Shown: positions 59,787 to 64,000 of the stretch, piece after piece
How the letters are laid out: each line of letters begins with the position of its first letter
Numbering within the stretch: position 1 is the first letter of the stretch
DNA from: Bugula neritina
Lineage: Eukaryota > Animalia > Bryozoa
Reading direction: 5' to 3'
Assembly (NCBI GenBank): GCA_964035545.1
Contig: OZ037766.1
Location: forward strand, 248,001-312,000
DNA: 64,000 nucleotides
The notes under the pieces: generated by a model
Database searches by the model: none
What the model saw: the letters and a program-made list of their open reading frames with translations, nothing else
What the model was told of the DNA's origin: nothing
Position numbers and translations under genes: made by a program

Positions 59787-61180
59787 AGTCTACTTTATTT
59801 GAAATATTGTTGCTATGGAAACACTGACATTGCTAGAGAAATAAATTATCAGTATGTGACAATGTGGATGTAGTTCTCAGCTTAGAATGTTTACATTGTG
59901 GAGTAATCATTAAATATTCTCTCTATTTACAATTAGCATAGTGAGTATCAAGATCTGAAATGTATAATATTCTTATGTCATATTATTTACCTGTACTTTT
60001 AGCAGGTAAATATATTGAAACAGTATCCATGTTTGTATATAGTTAATAGTACATATCTAGTGACTAGCATATCTCGTAACATTTATATTGGCTATAGAAT
60101 ATATATTTTTATTATTTCTATTTCATGTTGAGCTATGAACAATGTTTTAGGTTTTTATATGTAAAATATTTTATGTAAGTTTTGGTATCATATTTCTATG
60201 CAATAATATGCTACAATTGATTATTTGTATTTGATGTTTTAATTTTATTAAAAATGCACTAATTTAGTTATTCACAATATTGGTATTTGATACAATGTTC
60301 TTAATGCACCTTATGTTCTAACTTTTGAATGGGAATGAAGATATAGAAATATTGTTGGTTATAGCTAGACATACCCTTCATGCTTTCATAAATACAAAGA
60401 CAGATACTAAACAGATACTGGTGAATTAGATACAAGGTGGAAGAAGGGCACACATTGGAGTTAGTAAAGTCAAGTTGAGGTTACAGTGGAAATTTGCATA
60501 ATAAAAAAAATGATTTGTTAGCCACTTGTGTGGTACTTTTCCTGACCAGAAAAATTGGAAGCTATTCTGTTTTTCACAGTGAAATAACAACCAGTATTTA
60601 GTTGAACCTCCATGACAGCTATTTATAACCTTCTGATGGTACAGGAAGTTACTCAACTTAACTTCTTCACAATTCTAGTAACAGCACAGCAATTTCACTT
60701 GTTGCTCAACTAACAGATAGTAACACTAGTTTGCATTATGTAATCAGCTAATGGAAGTACATTATTGGCTGATTAGCTGGTTCTTAGTTGGAGGAACTTA
60801 CAGGGGAGGAACATATACACCAAGTTTAGCAATGCGATCCTACAGCCATAATGCAAGTCACGTGACAGGCTTGTATAATAATATAATATTAGTTGTGAAG
60901 CATTGCAGAGCACACACTGCATGGTGCATATACAAGAAAATAATCTTTCTATAAGCAGCTCCGAGTTGGGGGTGATCAGGTGCAAGAAGTTTGTGGTTCT
61001 CAAGTGTAGAGTTAAGGGAATAGACTGGAAACTTAAACCCCCAACTTCAAACTCAATCTCCCAGACTACTGCACTCGGGTTGCTTATACATGATATAAAT
61101 ACTGAAACAAGATAAATTTACACTAATTACTGGAGTTGTCTTGCATTGGTACTGAGTTCAGTATGGCAGTTAGGCTATCC

Positions 61181-61443
61181 CCCTGGACACACTCTGCCAC
61201 GTCGTAGGCCGTAAAGTAAAATGTCAGCCATTTTAATGCGTCCGACTAAATTTCTCAAAGTGCGGTATTGGGTACCACTGATGACACTTCAATGAAGTGA
61301 CGTGAATGTCTTCCTCTCCAATAGGAGCCCGCCGCAATTTGTTTGAATCAAACAGTGCTTGATCCTAACGTACCACAACGCTGTACAAGAAACTCGAACA
61401 CTTGTAAAAATATGGCTGACATTTTATGTTACGGCAAAGTGTG
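61181..61443. mobile_element. Older MITE-like element (copy c)
   Basis: Same imperfect inverted repeats as 27972-28244. Confidence 0.6.
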
Positions 61444-62103
61444 GTATACCCTAAACATGGATAATTGGTGAGATTGGAGTTGTCTTTTACCAGCAACTCA
61501 CGCATACTGGGACAATTTCACACACAATCTACATAATATAGTTTCTGAGGCTATTATTAAACTATTGAAGGAAAAACTTGCTAAGAATAGCCGCAGCTCT
61601 ACAATTTATTACAGTAACTCTTTTTATATACAATACTTATAAAACACATGATATCTGCAGGAATATTTGTTCTACTCTGTACCAGCCATTTAAACTCACA
61701 AGTTATATACAGCTACTACTTGATAAGGAAGTAACTAGACTCATGTTGAGATGAAACACACTCATTATTTACCTCTCAAATAAAAGAGCTACTGTTGTGA
61801 AGAGAAATATTTAAATTCTTATAACTAAGTAGGTAGATGAGTCATAAACCAGTCAGAAACAAGCAAACTTTATTGAGTGACTACAGAGTAGTGACAGCAT
61901 AGCAGAGTAAATATGTTACATAATAATTACTAATCAACGTCAAATACTACATATAAGCAGTGTAAGTCCTGTAGAATATATAATATTATACTGAAGTATT
62001 ATTACACTGTAAGTAGAACACAATATATTATATTTGACATGTACTATGTGTGTGTATTGATGACCTCACTGAGCTGATTATTAGTAAACTGTAGCTGATA
62101 AGT

Positions 62104-63985
62104 TTAGTATTTTATTGTGTATCTCCTCAGTCCATCATCTCTACATGCTAGAAACACCTTGTCTCTGTACACAGCAATGTCCCACACCCAGCTACTCACA
62201 CCAAGACTTTCTCTGGGAATTCTTACCATCAGTTCACCTGTAAATAGAATAACACCAGATTGTATCAGTTTGAGACAAATAGACAGACTACAGTGACATC
62301 ACAACAGCTGACACAACTACATACAGTTTCTACTTTCTAGTATAATATAGTAACTGAAATATGTTCAATAATATACCTGCAGCTGCACTTCTACCAGTCA
62401 GTATTGAATAATTCACTGAGCTGCTCTACTCCTTACTTCATAATAAATGACAACATGGAGAGAAGAAACTCAACATACAAGCTTAGTGCTCAGCTAATAT
62501 AATTATAAATAATTACATAATATAAGATGTACTCCAACATTATCACATATTAAATACTTGACAAGAAACAACCACAGCCACCTGAGTCCCACCAGCAAAC
62601 ACTGCTCTACCAGCCATCATCAAATTACAATAGTCTCAGTAATGGCAGTCAAAAAGTATCAAATTATTTATCTTTAAATTATCTGATGACCAAAACAATA
62701 GCAGCACTAGACTGAAGTCAAACTACAACTCATAACTCATGTGTAGCTGGCAGTCTGTACAGTTGTTAGACTGAGCACCTCTGAAATTACTGTAAAACAC
62801 TTCCATGAAATACTAACTATTGCCAGTACTAATTAGACATATAATATAGCCTATGAGTGGAAGTTGTTTACAGATAATAATCATTTATCACAATATTGTA
62901 TTAGAGCGGGGGGGGGGGGGGGGGGGGTGTCTAACCATTTCAGAGCAAAGGCCACTGAAATGGAATATTCCAGTAGGAAGGGCCACACTGTAAACTTTAG
63001 TGTAAGCTGCAGGTCACAGTATCAGTACTTCTCAAATAACTTTATTCCAAATTCCTATGACTCATTACATAATGAAGTCCTAATAGTTACTGCAGGCTGA
63101 ATGTATGTAGTATGTGTATAAATATGGCATTTAAAAAGTTGCTTCTCTACTCTAATTCATATACATGTGTAAAATAATTTTGCGTTATATCTTTGAGGGT
63201 CACATAAATGTAGGCTGGGGGTCACAACCAGCCCTGGGGCCGCCTATTGAACAGCCCTGTATTAGAGTAACTAAACTTACTATAATAAACAGAGTATTTA
63301 CCTTCAAGTGAGAGGATGAGGAGAGGTCCTTCCCTTGTACAGATGTGAATCAGTTCAGATGTTGGATCAAAGGAAATACCAGTTGGTAGTGAGATGTGAG
63401 GGAATTCCCACATCAGAGTGAGAGTTGTGTTCTCCACTTTATATCTTCTCACTTTACCATCTTCAGTGAAGTCTCCTATGAGGAGAGTTGAGTCTGGGAG
63501 GATGCATACAGGGTCAGGGTACTTCATCTCAGGAAGTGGGAACTTCTGTATTTTATTGTCAACTAGATTACACACTACCAGCTGTTTCTCTCTCCTGTCT
63601 ACAATGTACACTAGAGAGAGGTACTGAGCTATTCTATAGTAAGAGGGTTCATCTACTGAATGTTTGTAGAGAGAGCGAGTCTTTTTAAAGGAGTTCGGAT
63701 CAAGAAGTGCGACTTCAGCTGATTTCCCCTTTCTGTTATACCGGCTGCCAACCACCACGCCTTCAGGTTGGATTATCTCCCCCCACTCTGTAGTGTTGGT
63801 GTCCTCCACTGAGAACATAGTAACCAGAGTGTGTCTATTTATTACTTCTACACCTTGTGTCCAACACATGAGATGTCCATCAGCTGAGATTTTTACTCTC
63901 CAACACTTTCCATGTACAGGAAGTCCATCAGACTGTAGAGAAGCTGGTGGCTGCAGCAGCTTCATTCCCAGACTGTCTTCACTGT
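62104..63985 (-). CDS. TRIM-NHL-like E3 ligase, copy 5; only the two propeller exons are in the window
   Basis: Exons 63985-63302 (684 nt, one-codon deletion) and 62237-62104 (134 nt, one-codon deletion). Both are in frame with intact splice sites. Confidence 0.88.
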
Positions 63986-64000
63986 CTGCAACAACAAAAT

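Overview
This is AT-rich, intron-containing eukaryotic DNA, probably from an invertebrate animal; the species cannot be identified from sequence alone. The window is a tandem array of ~14.4-16.6 kb segmental duplications. Each unit carries a minus-strand TRIM gene with 7 coding exons: C3HC4 RING, B-box1, B-box2, two coiled-coil exons, and an NHL-like beta-propeller split over two exons (~620-624 aa). Three copies are complete, copy 1 lacks its last exon (off the left edge), and copy 5 shows only its two propeller exons. The copies are near-identical in the propeller scaffold and flanking introns, but about ten short codon clusters, at positions expected on one face of the propeller, differ from copy to copy. 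These changes fall almost entirely at codon positions 1-2 and are reshuffled between copies. This looks like a diversifying, recombining family of recognition or restriction-factor E3 ligases, and it is the main finding. Three spacers carry a plus-strand, 5'-truncated MAPKAPK2/3 copy at different stages of decay, plus length-variable minisatellites, one of which is built from a perfect GLI site overlapping an E-box. The first spacer is different and holds an RCC1-repeat gene fragment. Three small DNA transposons (hAT-, Harbinger- and CACTG-type) are confirmed by empty paralogous sites.
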